DNA from: Octopus sinensis
Taxonomy: Eukaryota
Assembly: GCF_006345805.1 (NCBI RefSeq)
Contig: NC_043000.1
Location: forward strand, 66,712,001 to 66,776,000
DNA length: 64,000 nt
Direction of reading: 5' to 3'
Of the stretch, positions 25,480 through 37,937 are shown piece by piece (the stretch's first letter is position 1; the number at the start of each line of letters is the position of its first letter). A program made the position numbers and the translations under genes. The notes beneath the pieces are model-generated. The model did no database searches. It worked only from the letters and a program-made list of their open reading frames with translations, and was not told where the DNA came from.

Positions 25480-26190
25480 AGGAAAGTGGATTTCCCGAAG
25501 AAATACACTATCCAATAATATCTCTAAAAACCAAAGAAGGTGTACAAGTGCAATATTATTTAATTTAACTATCCTTTCACCTAAAGCACCGTATCCAATA
25601 TTACTCAAAACATTCTTATGATTTGGGGGTACTGCCTTATTTGTCATCGTTACCATAAAATTTTAAATAAGAAAATTCTAAGAGTTAGCTACAGCTATAC
25701 TAGCGATCTCCAAAATGTTAATAAAGGAAACTACGAAAATTACAACAGCATTCCTTCAGCAAACAAACCCCAGTGGAACTGTGCCAAAATTAATTTATGT
25801 CCTCTAGACGGTAAATACCTCAACAAGAAGTTGGCATAAAGTCGTTAAGAGGTTTTGACCGACCAGAGCGAACGTGCTTGCTTAAGCTTAACAGATTGCA
25901 ACTTCAGGAGCAGATTTACACATAACGTATATTCTATTAAGCATCATAAGAGAAGACACATGACCTTGCTCTAGCTAATGTATGGGATCGAGAAGATGAA
26001 AGTATAACAAATTTCAACGTACAGTTTTCAATGGCGGACTTTCCCAAATCATGTTCTGAAGAATATAGTTCGTATTCTCTGTGTACCAGTGGAAAATTTT
26101 TCATCTTGCCATCTACGGTGAAACTTTCGAAATCAAAGGATGGGTTAAACTCAAAAATATTATCACAAAATGTTTATTTTGAAAAGCTGC
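25480..26190 (+). mobile_element. Penelope-like element GIY-YIG/C-terminal fragment
   Basis: YHKILNKKILRVSYSY, CAKINLCPLDGKYL, YSLCTSGKFFIL match the PLE C-terminal pattern. Confidence 0.65.
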
Positions 26191-26408
26191 GCCTATGTAT
26201 GCATGCATGTATGTATGTATGTATGTATGTATGTATGTATGTATGTATGTATGTATGTATGTATGTATGTATGTATGTATGTATGTGTGTATGTATGTGT
26301 GCGTATATATATATATATATATATATATATGTAAAAGTTAAATATATATATTTATACACACGCACACATTCACATAAATATGCATACATACATACATATA
26401 TATATAGT

Positions 26409-26760
26409 TGTAGGTGTGGCTGTGTGGTAAGGAGTTTGGTTCTCGACCACATTATTCTGGGTTCAGATCCACTGCTTGGCGCCTAGGGCAAGTATCTTCT
26501 ATAACTTGGGCTGACCAAAGACTGGTAGGTGGATTTGTTTCCTCGTTTTGACATTGCATTCATTGTCGTACAAGCAGAAACATTCTCAATATTTTCAATA
26601 TTCTGCGAAAATATGTTTGGCCAAGGGAATATGATACGTTTGCTTGAAAACAAGTGAGGGTTGGTGACTGAAAGAACATCTGACCGTAGAAAATCTGCCC
26701 CGACTTAACTCCGCCCGACCCGTGCAAGCATAGAAAGGTGTACGCTAAATGATGATGATA
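26409..26760 (+). mobile_element. SINE with family A-like head and RTE-type tail ending (GAT)n
   Basis: Head GTGGCTGTGTGGTAAG; tail GGTTGGTGAC...CCGTAGAAAATCTGCC...GCAAGCATAGAAAG...TGATGATGAT. Confidence 0.6.
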
Positions 26761-27009
26761 TGTTTATATACGCATGTATGTATGCATGGGAGTGTGTGTG
26801 TGCGTGTATGTGTAAATGGTGTGTATGTCTAAATATACAGTTACCTAATTCTATACTTTCTGGACAGACTCTTATAACGAAACTTAATATTATAGTAGTT
26901 TAACAACTAAAATCGTCAAAATATACCTCTTCTTGTTGGTTTGCCATTCCAAGAGTTTTCCGCTTAAATTTGAATCTCGTTGTAAAGAACCTTCTCGTTG
27001 TTTTATTTG

Positions 27010-27215
27010 GCTTGATTTGGTGTTCTGCTCGTGATCAGAGATGCACATAACGTCAGTCACTACGGGATATGATCAACTGGTTATGGTCAAGCAACTGACA
27101 AGCAAATCTGTGGTATCGAACAAAATATTTGCTGTAGCCAATCTTAACACTTCCAATCACTTAATATCAAAAGCCATGAGAGTCAGTGCCTAGTACTGCA
27201 TCAGTGTAATTTTTA
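27010..27215 (-). repeat. Interspersed non-coding repeat family C (5' part)
   Basis: Homologous to 27980-28110 and 31035-31150. Confidence 0.7.
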
Positions 27216-27218
27216 TTA

Positions 27219-27249
<31 letters not shown>

Positions 27250-27350
27250 GAGTGAGAGAGCAGTACATGTAATCAAAGTGACGCTGGGCTAAAATATACG
27301 AACCCAGTATACCCACATTATTATTACTATTCTTCTTACTATTATTACTA

Positions 27351-27630
27351 GACGCATGGCTTAGTGGTTGGGGTGTTGCATTCACAATCGCTAGATCGTG
27401 ATTTCAGTTCCTAGACCGGATGATGTGTTGTGTTCTTGAGCAAAACACTTCATCTCACGTTGCTCTGCGATCATTTCGACACCTGACGTATGGTACACCG
27501 TCGAGTCGATGGAGAGAGTGAGCTAATGCATAGCACATGCATTTGATCACAATAACCAAATCATTTGTGCAGGACGTTCGGCAATAAAGCTTAACACGTA
27601 TACGTCATCTTCGACGGGAGTGACTGTATT
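27351..27630 (+). mobile_element. Third tRNA-derived SINE type (head GACGCATGGCTTAGTGGTT, TGTGTTCTTGAGCAAAACACTT core)
   Basis: A/B-box-like head related to 31152-31219; CORE/V-like segment. Confidence 0.6.
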
Positions 27631-27647
27631 ATCATTATTATTACTGA

Positions 27648-28110
27648 GTGAGAGAGCAGTGCATGCCATCAAAGTGACACTGGGGTAAAATATACGAAGC
27701 CCAGTATACCCATCATGACTACCCGTCTGATAAGGGTACACCAGGCACATGCATCACAACCATATGTGCGCGGCATGGTGATCTCATATCAAGATAAACA
27801 GCACATGACCTTGTAGGTGGGGCCCAGTTAGAATTTTCTTCTGGTCGAGTAACCCATCCTGCTCAAAAGGTCCATGAGTAAGGGTTGTTTAAGGATGTTG
27901 AACGAAACACCCATGTTTCCAGAGGTGAATTATTCAAACCCCAAAGAATCCTTCTCAACACATGGCTATGATGCTCCCCCACTACTTCTGCTCGTGATCA
28001 GAGATGCACATATCATCAGCCACTAAGGGACATGCTCAACTGGTTATGGTCAAACAACTGACAAGCAAATCTGTGGTATTGAGCAGAATATTTGCTGTAG
28101 CCCATCTTTT
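27648..28110 (-). repeat. Interspersed non-coding repeat family C, about 460 bp, ending in (AAT)n
   Basis: Partial copies at 27010-27215, 27250-27315 and 31035-31150; well conserved with no ORF. Confidence 0.7.
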
Positions 28111-28114
28111 ATTA

Positions 28115-28145
<31 letters not shown>

Positions 28146-28161
28146 ATTATTATTATTATTA

Positions 28162-28197
<36 letters not shown>

Positions 28198-28559
28198 ATA
28201 TTTGGTAATTTCAGGCAAATTTCTACTGCCTCACCTGCTACACCACCGTATTTCTGGGTCATGTGCAGCATTGTGTTATTTTTGTTGTTGGGAGAGAGCA
28301 AATTTTCCCCAGTATTGAATTACGTCAGTTTCTTTTGTTATGAGGTCTGGTGCAGTCCTTTGTTGCATTTGTGTTTATGTTGTGTTGTGTGTGTAATGCG
28401 TTGGGTATGCAGCCTGCTGGTGGTAGTTTATTTTTTTTTTGATATTTACTTTATGGAGTGTGTCTTGTGTTTGTGAATGGTTTCGTTTGAGTTGTAGTAT
28501 TGAATTGATAGTGTCTTGTGCAGGATGTGGGTTGTTCCTAGCAGAGATTATTACTATTA

Positions 28560-28750
28560 TCATCGATGAGCTGGTAGAGTCGTTAGCACACCGGGCGAAT
28601 TGCTTAGCGGTATTTCTCTCGTCGCCGAGGTCGATTCTGCCTTCCATCTTTCGGGGTCGATAAAATAAACACCAGTTGAACACTGTGGTCGATGTAGTCG
28701 ACTCGTTCCCTCCCCCAAAATTGCTGTCCTTGAGGCAAAATTTGAAACCA
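28560..28750 (+). mobile_element. SINE family B
   Basis: Pattern match; followed by (ATT)n. Confidence 0.85.
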
Positions 28751-28805
<55 letters not shown>

Positions 28806-28819
28806 ACTTTATCACAGGC

Positions 28820-29070
28820 TTTTTTGGAGCTCCTGGAATCTTGCATGCATAGCGGGCTTACTACCTGCAGCTTACAGTACCATGTTATTCGTTCTTTTCA
28901 GCTATCTAATACGTTCCCGATTATTCTGGCCATACCAAGGAGGCAAACCTTTTGTAACAGTTCTATTCCAATTTCCATTATATTCCTTTTGATGCCTTTT
29001 GATACTGTTCCCAAGGACCTAACAATAATTGGCACTATCTTCACCTTCTTCACCATTTTCGCCTTTCTTC
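28820..29070 (-). mobile_element. REL LINE 3' fragment bounded by (TAA)n
   Basis: KVKIVPIIVRSLGTVSKG...LLQKVCLLGMARIIGNVL on -. Confidence 0.7.
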
Positions 29071-29071
29071 T

Positions 29072-29129
<58 letters not shown>

Positions 29130-29570
29130 CCTCTTTCAATTCTGTTTCCATTTCTTGCCAACTGTCTTCCCGGCGCCTAGGGCAAAGAAACTCACTGTAT
29201 ACATTGGCAGGCCATTAAAATAGAAACACCAAATCGCTCATTTACAAAGGCATGTGACCGAAAAAAGGGGAAGAAAGAATAAAAAGGGAAAAACGGAAAA
29301 ATTAAAAGATAGGAAAAAAATGAGGAAAAGAAAACAAAGAGAATAAAGGGGGAAAAGGAAAGAAATTTCACAGCGCCATTGCTCTTCTCAATACATGTGA
29401 CATACCAGTCAAAATAATCTTTTGGACTTCCTCCACGGATGGTAAGCCAGGGATCATCCTCAATTTTCAGTTCCTTTTTTTTATCCATTCCAAGCGCTCC
29501 TACAATCACTGATATTGTAAACGTCTTGAGATGCCACATTTTTTCGATTTCAAGTATTGTTGTTATTATT
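29130..29570 (-). mobile_element. REL LINE 3' fragment
   Basis: LEIEKMWHLKTFTISVIVGALG; ends in (TAA)n. Confidence 0.65.
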
Positions 29571-29800
29571 ATTCTTAGTAGCGTGCTAGCAGAATCGTTA
29601 GTACGCCAGGCAAAATGCTTAGCAGTATTTCGTCTACCGCTACGTTCTGAGTTCAAATTCCGCCGAGGTCGGCTTTACCTTTCATCCATTCGAGGTCGAT
29701 AAAATAAGTACCTGTTGAACACTGGTGTCGATATAATCGACTCATCCCCTTCCCCATAATTGCTGCCCCTGTGGGAAAATTTGAAATCGTTATTATCATT
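29570..29800 (-). mobile_element. SINE family B
   Basis: Reverse-complement pattern match. Confidence 0.85.
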
Positions 29801-29999
29801 ATTATGAGGGTCGTTGAAACGTAGAATATCGAACTCAATGTGCTGCAGTATTTAATTACAAATCTCTACGTTTTAATGTTTATCATTCTTTAGACGAAAA
29901 TAAAATAAGGTATCAGCTAAGTGCAAGATGTGCTACAAGAACTGTGTCATCGGCTGAGTCATGGGAATGATAAATGTCTTCGTCACTGATGCAACACGA

Positions 30000-30520
30000 T
30001 GAATATTTCAGGATGTAAGCCTCCTGAACGAGCGTGAGACATCATAACAACACAGAGTAACCCAGAACAGTAAAACAAACAAACAACCAGAATAATGGAA
30101 GGTAACAGAACGTGGTAAGAACTAAGACTTGTTAAAATATTTAATAGGGACACATTAGGTGCCAATAGAGATATCTAATAGGATATTAACGAAGCCAGAA
30201 ACAACACCTGTCGGACTCGTTGAACAAAAAAGTTATTTTAATCTCCCAAACGATAAAACAGTGAACCATAAAAATTACAAAAGCATAACATGCTTTCCAA
30301 CAGTCATCAAAACTTAACTCCGATAAAATCGCGGAGAATAAATAAGCATCTAAAAAATAATTTGTTTCCAGAAGAGCAGAAGGAATGCCGCAAAATACCA
30401 TGTGGCTGTTAAAATTAATAATTGATCAACACTGAGATGTGGATGCAAAAGATTAAAAACTACAAAACTTAAACATAGCTGTACAGCCTAACATGGTTCC
30501 GTTAGGTTGTACAGTGAAAG
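30000..30520 (+). mobile_element. Decayed R4/Dong-like RT N-terminal fragment
   Basis: NYKSITCFPT and FPEEQKECRK-like motifs in broken frames. Confidence 0.55.
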
Positions 30521-30574
30521 TACTCATTAAAAATGTGAGCACTGACTACTACTACTACTACTATTAATAATAAT

Positions 30575-31010
30575 AATAATGGTTTCAAATTTTGCCACAA
30601 GGGCAACAATTTTGGGGAAGGGGACTAGACAATTACATCGACTGGTATCTATTTTATCGACTTCGAAAGAATGAAGGACAAAGTCGACCTCGACGGAATT
30701 TGAACTCCGAACGTATCGACGAGCGAAATACTGCTAAGCGTTTTGCCCGGCGTGTTAACGATTCTGCCAGCTCATCGCCTAATAATAATCCTTTCTACTG
30801 GAGGAACAAGGCCTCAAATTTGTGGAGCGGGGACTAGTCGATTATATCGACTCCAGTGTTTCATTGGTACTTAATTTATCGACCCCGAAAGGAAGAAAGG
30901 CAAATTCGACCTCGGCGGAATTTGAACTCAGAACGTAGCGACGGGCGAAATACCTATTTCTTTACTACCCACAAGGGGCTAAACACAGAGGGGACAGACA
31001 AGGACAGACT
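30575..31010 (-). mobile_element. Two tandem SINE family B copies (second is a dimer-type fragment)
   Basis: Reverse-complement matches; linker fragment at 30955-31010. Confidence 0.85.
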
Positions 31011-31151
31011 AACTACTACTACTACTAATAATAATTGCCCTGACGCAATACTAGGCATTGACTCTCATGACTTCTGATATTCACTAGTTAGAAGCGTTAA
31101 CATGTGCATATTTTGTATTGGTGCAAAAGATGGGCTACAGCAAATATTCCC

Positions 31152-31219
31152 GGTCTGGGAATCGAAACCGCGTTCTTACGACCGCGAGTCCGCTGCCCTA
31201 ACCACTGGGCCATTGCGCC
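31152..31219 (-). mobile_element. Isolated tRNA-Arg-like SINE head
   Basis: GGCGCAATGGCCCAGTGGTTAGGGCAGCGGACTCGCGG...GGTTTCGATTCCCAGACC; acceptor stem does not close. Confidence 0.65.
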
Positions 31220-32699
31220 TTTCTATGTTGTCGGCTGTGATGATGATGATAGCATTATTAGTGTGAGTTTCCGTTATGCCAATTTTCATCTCATTGTTCG
31301 TTTGTTTCTATTGTGATTTGGCATTAGTTGTCTAAGCATGTATTTTTTCAAAACGTAATGTATATTTTGGGGAGTGGCTATTTAATGAGAATACAATCAC
31401 TGCTGAACTAGCATCTTCTTCCTTTCTTACAACGGTAGCCATTTAGAACCGCAAAAAAAAAAAAAAAAAAAAAAAGAAATGGCTTTTTTACTAAACAGTC
31501 AAAAACAAGGTTTAAAAAACGTGTTTAACTAATTCGAAAGCCTTTTACTAGTAAAACGAGCAAATATTAAGTATAAGTAAACATTTCTTTTTCATTCGAG
31601 AATAGAAAATCAACTTCTAAACGGGAGCTTTGCTGAATATATGCATTCACATCAAGAATCAAGTATAATCTACTAAAATAATACTCTTGTGTTTTTTTTC
31701 TCCGTCGCAGCATATGAATGAGAAAGGAAGGAAGGGGTGATGGCAAACTGGTAGTGGGATAATGGAAATTCTACGGTGAAAAGAAAAACAAAATTCAAAC
31801 AGCGTTTCAACTCTGTGGAAGTATGTGTGAGTATATGTGTGTGTATGTAAAAGGGGAGGTATGTGAAAGTTTGTGTGTGTGTGTACGCGTGTGTGTGTGC
31901 AACGGAAGTAGGATGGTGAACTGTGTGAGTATATATGTGTATGTGTGTGCGTGTATAAGGGAAGTATGTGAATGTTTGTATGTGTGAACCAGTGTTCTTA
32001 CAGTAACAAACGATGATCGATGTCACATCTCAAAAGACAACCACTAGATAACATTGACAAGTGTATTTATTTGATTTACCATCCATATTCTATCTGTTTT
32101 GTTAAAAATAATTATTACAATCACACACCTATACACACATATACATATACAAACTCAGTAGAGAAAATAATTATTGCCTGAGAGTATCAAGAACATTAAA
32201 CGACTACAGTTGTAAGGTATATTATAAATTTGGTAATAAAAGAATTATTAAACTAAAAACTTGGTCTTGTACCTTATTTATATATAAAATACTACAATTA
32301 GCAGTCATTTGTTGACGGCACGGGGCCAGCTAGTGATAAAAATAATCCTTTCTTCTATAGACACAAGGCCTGAAATTTTGGTGGTTGGAGATAGTCGATT
32401 ACATCAACCCCAGTACTTGACTGCTATAAACAAGAACAAGAACAACAATAGCAACAACAACAATAGTAATAATAACAATAATGGTCGCTCCCGTCAGTTT
32501 CGATGTATGATTGTTGAAGGAGAGGACTTAGAGCTACAGATAGTAATAGGAAAGAAAAAACACAAAGAAGCTGCATCTATTTGCGATGGATGCATGAATG
32601 TAATTTCAGTCCAGGTATGGATTTTGCTACGAAGTCGTAATGGGGAGATTGATGATTTTGATTTTGCCTGGGATTGGGCTAGTGTGTCTGTTGGCCGCA

Positions 32700-33610
32700 G
32701 AATATAGTTCTGTGCTTCTTTTTCTTCAACTCAAATTGTTTGGATGCATCATGACACATTTTACGCCATGTAGATCGATCTAGCTAATGACTTTCCCAAG
32801 ATATCAAGTTAAGATTTTAGTGATTGCTTCAACTTATCCTTATATTTAAGGAGAGGTCTTCCTTTGCCGCGATATCCCTCTACTTGTTAGCTATAAAGAA
32901 GAATTTTCGGAATGCGGTAATTTTTCATTCGAACATGTCCTGCCCATCTGTACTGAATTCTTATCAGCGTACTTTGGATACTAGAGATGTTCCTCTTTTC
33001 TAAGATTTTGGCATTATCTATCTTGTGATTTTATGTTGCATATGTTGCGCAAATAGCACATATAGAAGGTTTCAAGTTACTTTATATGTTTGTAGAAGGG
33101 AGTCTATGCTTCTGTCCTATGCAAAAGTGGGCTCAAAATACAAGATTTGTATACACTCATTTTAGTTTTCAGACTGACATCGTGTTCATCCCACAAACGA
33201 TGGACAATTCTTCCAAAGATACTTGTAACCATAACTATTCTAACATTGATTTCATCATCAAGAATACTCTTACAGTTTACTGCACTTCCAAGATATTTAA
33301 ACGATCCGACCCATTTGAGTGGTTTGTTGTTTATCATCACGTTTGAGTCTTAAGTATGTCCTGCCCCAGGCCTTGGATGGAATAAAACTTCAGTCTTCTT
33401 GATACTTATAGTCAGTCCAAATGCATGGGCTGCCGCAGAAAACCTGTTAACCGTTTCCTGAATTCCCTCAAATGTGTGAGAAATCAAAGCACAATCATCA
33501 GCAAACAGAAAGTCACACAGGATCTCTTCCTTGGTCTTTTTCCCTTTCAGGTTTAATAGACCTCCTTCTGTGCAAAACTGGTATTTTATACCTTCATGGT
33601 AATCCCTGAA
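32700..33610 (-). mobile_element. RTE (BovB-like) LINE RT C-terminal fragment
   Basis: FLFADDCAL...FGLTISIKKTEVL, FKYLGS, LDDEIN-RI, KTKMSVYK. Confidence 0.85.
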
Positions 33611-33628
33611 ATAATAATAATAATAATG

Positions 33629-33689
<61 letters not shown>

Positions 33690-33935
33690 TACATCAGTCC
33701 ACACCAAGAGTGATGTGTCAAGATTGTATGTAAAGAAGAAAGAAGGAGGACGGCGATTGGTGTGTTGTGAAGGTTGTGTAATGGAAGAGGAGAATAGGTG
33801 GGTACAGCTCGCATTTTAAAGAGAATATTGTCTCTTTGAGTCACAGGAGAAGACACTACTCGAAACCTTTGGTGATTTGTTATTGCCTGCTTTCTAGTAA
33901 AGAACAACCGCTAATAGAACAGCGAGAGTCAAAAC
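33690..33935 (+). mobile_element. Internally deleted R4/Dong-like 3' fragment after (TAA)n
   Basis: HTKSDVSRLYVKKKEGGRRL joined to GTARILKRILSL; 3'UTR similar to 15100-15200. Confidence 0.75.
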
Positions 33936-33984
33936 AACAGCAGCAGCAACAACAACAACAACAACAGCAATAACAACAACAATA

Positions 33985-34591
33985 ATGATAGACATAAGGC
34001 CTGGAATTTTGGGGGAGGAGACAAGTCGATTACATCGACCCGAGTGTTTCACTGGTACTTAATTTATCGACCCTGAAAGGCAAAGTCGACCTCGGCAAAA
34101 TTTGAACTCAGAATGTAAAGAGGCCGAAATATCGCTAACCCGGCGTGCTAATAATAATAATAATAATCCTTTCTACAATGGGTACAGGGTCTGAAATTTT
34201 TGTGGGGAGGTGGTAAGTCGATCACATCGACCCTAATACTTCACTGGTGCTTAATTTATCGACTCCGAAAGGTTGAAAGATAAAGTCGACCTCGGCAGAA
34301 TTTGACTCAGAACGTAGCTGCAGACGAAATACCTATTTCTTTACTACCCACAAGGGGCTAAACACAGAGAGGACAAACAAGGACAGACAAACGGATTAAG
34401 TCGATTATATCGACCCCAGTGCGTAACTGGTACTTAATTTATCGACCTCGAAAGGATGAAAGGCAAAGTCGACCTCGGCGGAATTTGAACTCAGAACGTA
34501 ACGGCAGACGAAATACTGCTAAGCATTTCACCCGGCGTGCTAACGATTATGCAAGCTCGCCGCCTTAATAATAATAATAATGATAATGATG

Positions 34592-34642
<51 letters not shown>

Positions 34643-34645
34643 GTA

Positions 34646-34698
<53 letters not shown>

Positions 34699-34830
34699 CT
34701 TTTCTACCATAGGCACAATGCTCGAAATTCTGGGGGAGGAGACTAGTCGATTACATCGACCCTAGTGTTCAACTGGTACCTATTTTATCGACCCTAAAAC
34801 GACGAAAGGCAAAGTCGATCTTGGCTGAAT
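33985..34830 (-). mobile_element. Head-to-tail SINE family B array (monomer, dimer 34165-34565, fragment)
   Basis: Reverse-complement matches joined by (AAT)n/(GAT)n. Confidence 0.88.
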
Positions 34831-34849
34831 TTTGTTTCTGCTATTTGCA

Positions 34850-35350
34850 TGTATGTCGTTATTTAGTTTTATTCATGTCAATAGAGAAAGAGCCGGTTTC
34901 TAATCTAGATCCAAGGCTCCTTCTTTGGAATTTCATTTACATCAACAAGGCATTTTTGTTTGTTTGTTTGTTTGTTTGTTTGTTGTTTGTTTGTTTGTTT
35001 GTTTGTATGTATGTATGTATGTATGTATGATGTATGTATGTATGTATGTATGTATGTATGTATGTATGTACAGATTAATATGTTTTGTTTTATGTATATA
35101 TTCTCGTGCATATAGTTATATATCTGGATATGCTCATATACTTAAATGAAAAGTTTTACAGATTTTTAAAGTTCCAGTGATGGCTTGGCTCTGTAAGTCT
35201 TTGAATCAGCTTTCTCCTTTCTGGTTTTGAGAAGCCTAATTTCTTAAGACTGGTACTTAGGCAATGTGTTTCATATCTCAGTGTTCCAATAATTACAGGT
35301 ATAAACCTGAAGTTGTAATCTGGGTAGAGTAACTGTAGATTTCTCAACAG
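34850..35350 (-). mobile_element. REL LINE 3' end with (CATA)n/(CAAA)n in 3'UTR
   Basis: LRNLQLLYPDYNFRFIPVIIG...LGFSKPERRKLIQRL; same family as 1810-2700. Confidence 0.8.
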
Positions 35351-35888
35351 ATGTATATATGTACGTATGCATGTATGTATGTTCTCTTTCTATTTCTAAT
35401 TTTCGAGTAAATTTTGAACTGCCGGGCTTCTGCCGTTTCTACCTACCAAATTCCAATTACGAGGCATTGATCATTCCTAAGTCAATAAGGTGTTATTCAG
35501 TGGCATCGAACCCGGAAGTACATGTTTGCAAAGTGTACTCTCTTATTACACAGTCACACCTGTTAGCAGGTGATCTTCCTGTTGCTCATCTTACATGAAA
35601 AGACGAATCTACTGCTCTTGCCACTTATTCATCTTATTTATTATTATTTCGGCAAGGAGGTGGGGTACTTAGTGCAATGCTATATTGTAACTGTAGGCCA
35701 TTGTAAAAACAATCCTTCTCCTCTCCTCCTTCTCCTTCCTCTCCTCCTCATCATCAACATCGTCAACCTTATTATGGTGGCGTAGAAAACATAATTGGTA
35801 GATCGCTGTATTTTCTTCCGGTTCTTTACGTTTTGAGTTTGAATCCTGTCGAGGTCAACTTTGCCTTCCTGAGATTGATAAAATAAAG

Positions 35889-36065
35889 ATCACTTGCTTG
35901 TAGGCTTTTTGGTAAAACAGTTTAATTTCTACCCACGTAGTTCCGGGTTTGTGCAGTACTTTGAGTAAGTGTCTTTTACTATGAGTCACGGGGCTAGGCA
36001 ACACGTCGTGAATGGAATTAGACGCCTGTGTGTGTATATGTGTGTATTAATGTACACACATACAT
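35889..36065 (+). repeat. Diverged SINE A fragment, locally duplicated at 37079-37270
   Basis: Shared diagnostic flank GATCACTTGCTTGTAGG and junction TTAGACGCCTGTGTG. Confidence 0.7.
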
Positions 36066-36089
36066 AACAAATTTGAGCCTATATTAGTA

Positions 36090-36900
36090 ATAATAGTTTC
36101 TGTTTTAGGAACAAACCCAGCAAGTTTCAAGGGAGTAATTGACTGGTAGAAGAGAAATAAAAAGTAAAGTTGACCACAACGGCATTTGAATTTAGAACGT
36201 AAGGCGGATGAAATGCTACTAAACAGTTAGTCTGGCGTACTAACGATTCTACTGGCTCGCCGCCTTAGTAGTAATCCTTTCTACTAAAGGCATAAAGCCT
36301 GACATTTTGTGGGAGGGGACTAGTCGATTAGATCGACCCCAGCGTTGCACTGATAATTTACCGACCAAGAAAGAATGAAAGTTAAAGACCTCGGCAAAAT
36401 TTGAACGCAAAACGCGAAGACGGACGAAATGCCGATAAGTATTTTGGCCGGCGTGCCGATAAGTATTTTGGCCGGCGTGCTAACGGTACTGCCAGCTCAC
36501 CACTTTAGTAATAATCCTTTCAATTATAGGCACAAGGCCTGAAATGTTTTGGGGGAGAGGGATAGTCGATTACATTGATCCCAGTACTCAACTGGTACTT
36601 AATTTATCGACCCCGAAAGGATGAAAAGTAAAATCGACCTCGGCGCAATTGGAAATCACAACGTAGCGACGTAAAGACGGACGAAATACCACAAAGCATT
36701 TTTGCCCGGCGCGCTAACGATTCTACCAGGTTGCCGCTTTAGTATAATAGATAATATCCACTCCAGTACTTGACCGGTAGTTTATTTAATCGAACCCTTT
36801 CAGGAGTTGATGATAATGTTGACCATGGCCAATTCAAACAGAAAATAAAGTATCGGAACTAAATACTGTGTGGCACTAATGTCTCTGCCAAAGCTCTACC
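36090..36900 (-). mobile_element. Head-to-tail SINE family B array (3-4 copies)
   Basis: Reverse-complement matches; 24-bp tandem duplication near 36432-36480. Confidence 0.85.
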
Positions 36901-37514
36901 ACGATTAATGATGAAAAAGAAAAGACTCTTAATTTTTGCTGACATCGGCATAATCATAACTTAGAGGAGTGACTGAATGATTTAGACTGCTAGCATTGAA
37001 TTAAGCTCCGGAAAATAGGAAGAATCGAAATGATGACAGCATCAGATATACCGTTTCATTTATGACGTGTAGTGGGAAGATCACTTGCTTGTAGGTATGG
37101 CTTTTTGGCAAAATGCAGTTCAATTCCAAGCCACGTAGTTCCGGGTTCACGCAGTACTTTGAGTAAGTTTCTTCTACTGTAAATTACAGGGCTAGGCAAC
37201 TCGTCGTGAATAGAATTAGACGCCTGTGTGTGTATATGTGCGTATTTATGTACCCACACACACGCACACATCTTTTACATCACTTTTTTCCGTATTTATT
37301 TATTTATTTATTCATTATTGTACTGCTTAACAGGTAAACGTTTTGAAAAAATATACATTATCAAGATTATCTTGTAATTGTTATAGTTTATTCTCCACAG
37401 AGAATAATCATTATGACGGGTATATATATCTGCTTGATAAGTGCCAACGCATGAAACTCTCAGTCCTTGAGTCACTCTCTAACTTCTGCCAATTAATAAT
37501 AATAATAATGATAA

Positions 37515-37730
37515 TGATAATCCGTTCTAATGTAGGCACAAGACCTGGAATTTGGAGGGAGGGTGATAGACGATCACATCGACCCCAGTACTTGAATGAT
37601 ACTTAATTTATCGACCCCGAAAGGATGAAAGGCAAAGTAGTACTCGGTGGAATTTGAACGCAGATCGTAATGACGGACAAAATACGGCTAAGCATTTTGC
37701 AGGCATGCAAACGATTCTGCCACCTCGTCT
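37515..37730 (-). mobile_element. SINE family B
   Basis: Reverse-complement match. Confidence 0.85.
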
Positions 37731-37793
<63 letters not shown>

Positions 37794-37937
37794 GTGTGTG
37801 TGTATGTGTGTTGACTGGATGAACAAGTATTGTGCAGTTTGATATATATCGTTACTACCAGAACCCTTTAGTCCCAAAGTTCGTTCAATCAGGATAGATC
37901 TGCAGTTAAACCAATCACAGTACAATATTAATATCTC

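Noticed and set aside
31152-31219. tRNA-Arg(TCG)-like gene
   Set aside because: The acceptor stem does not close and the sequence resembles SINE heads; treated as a SINE fragment
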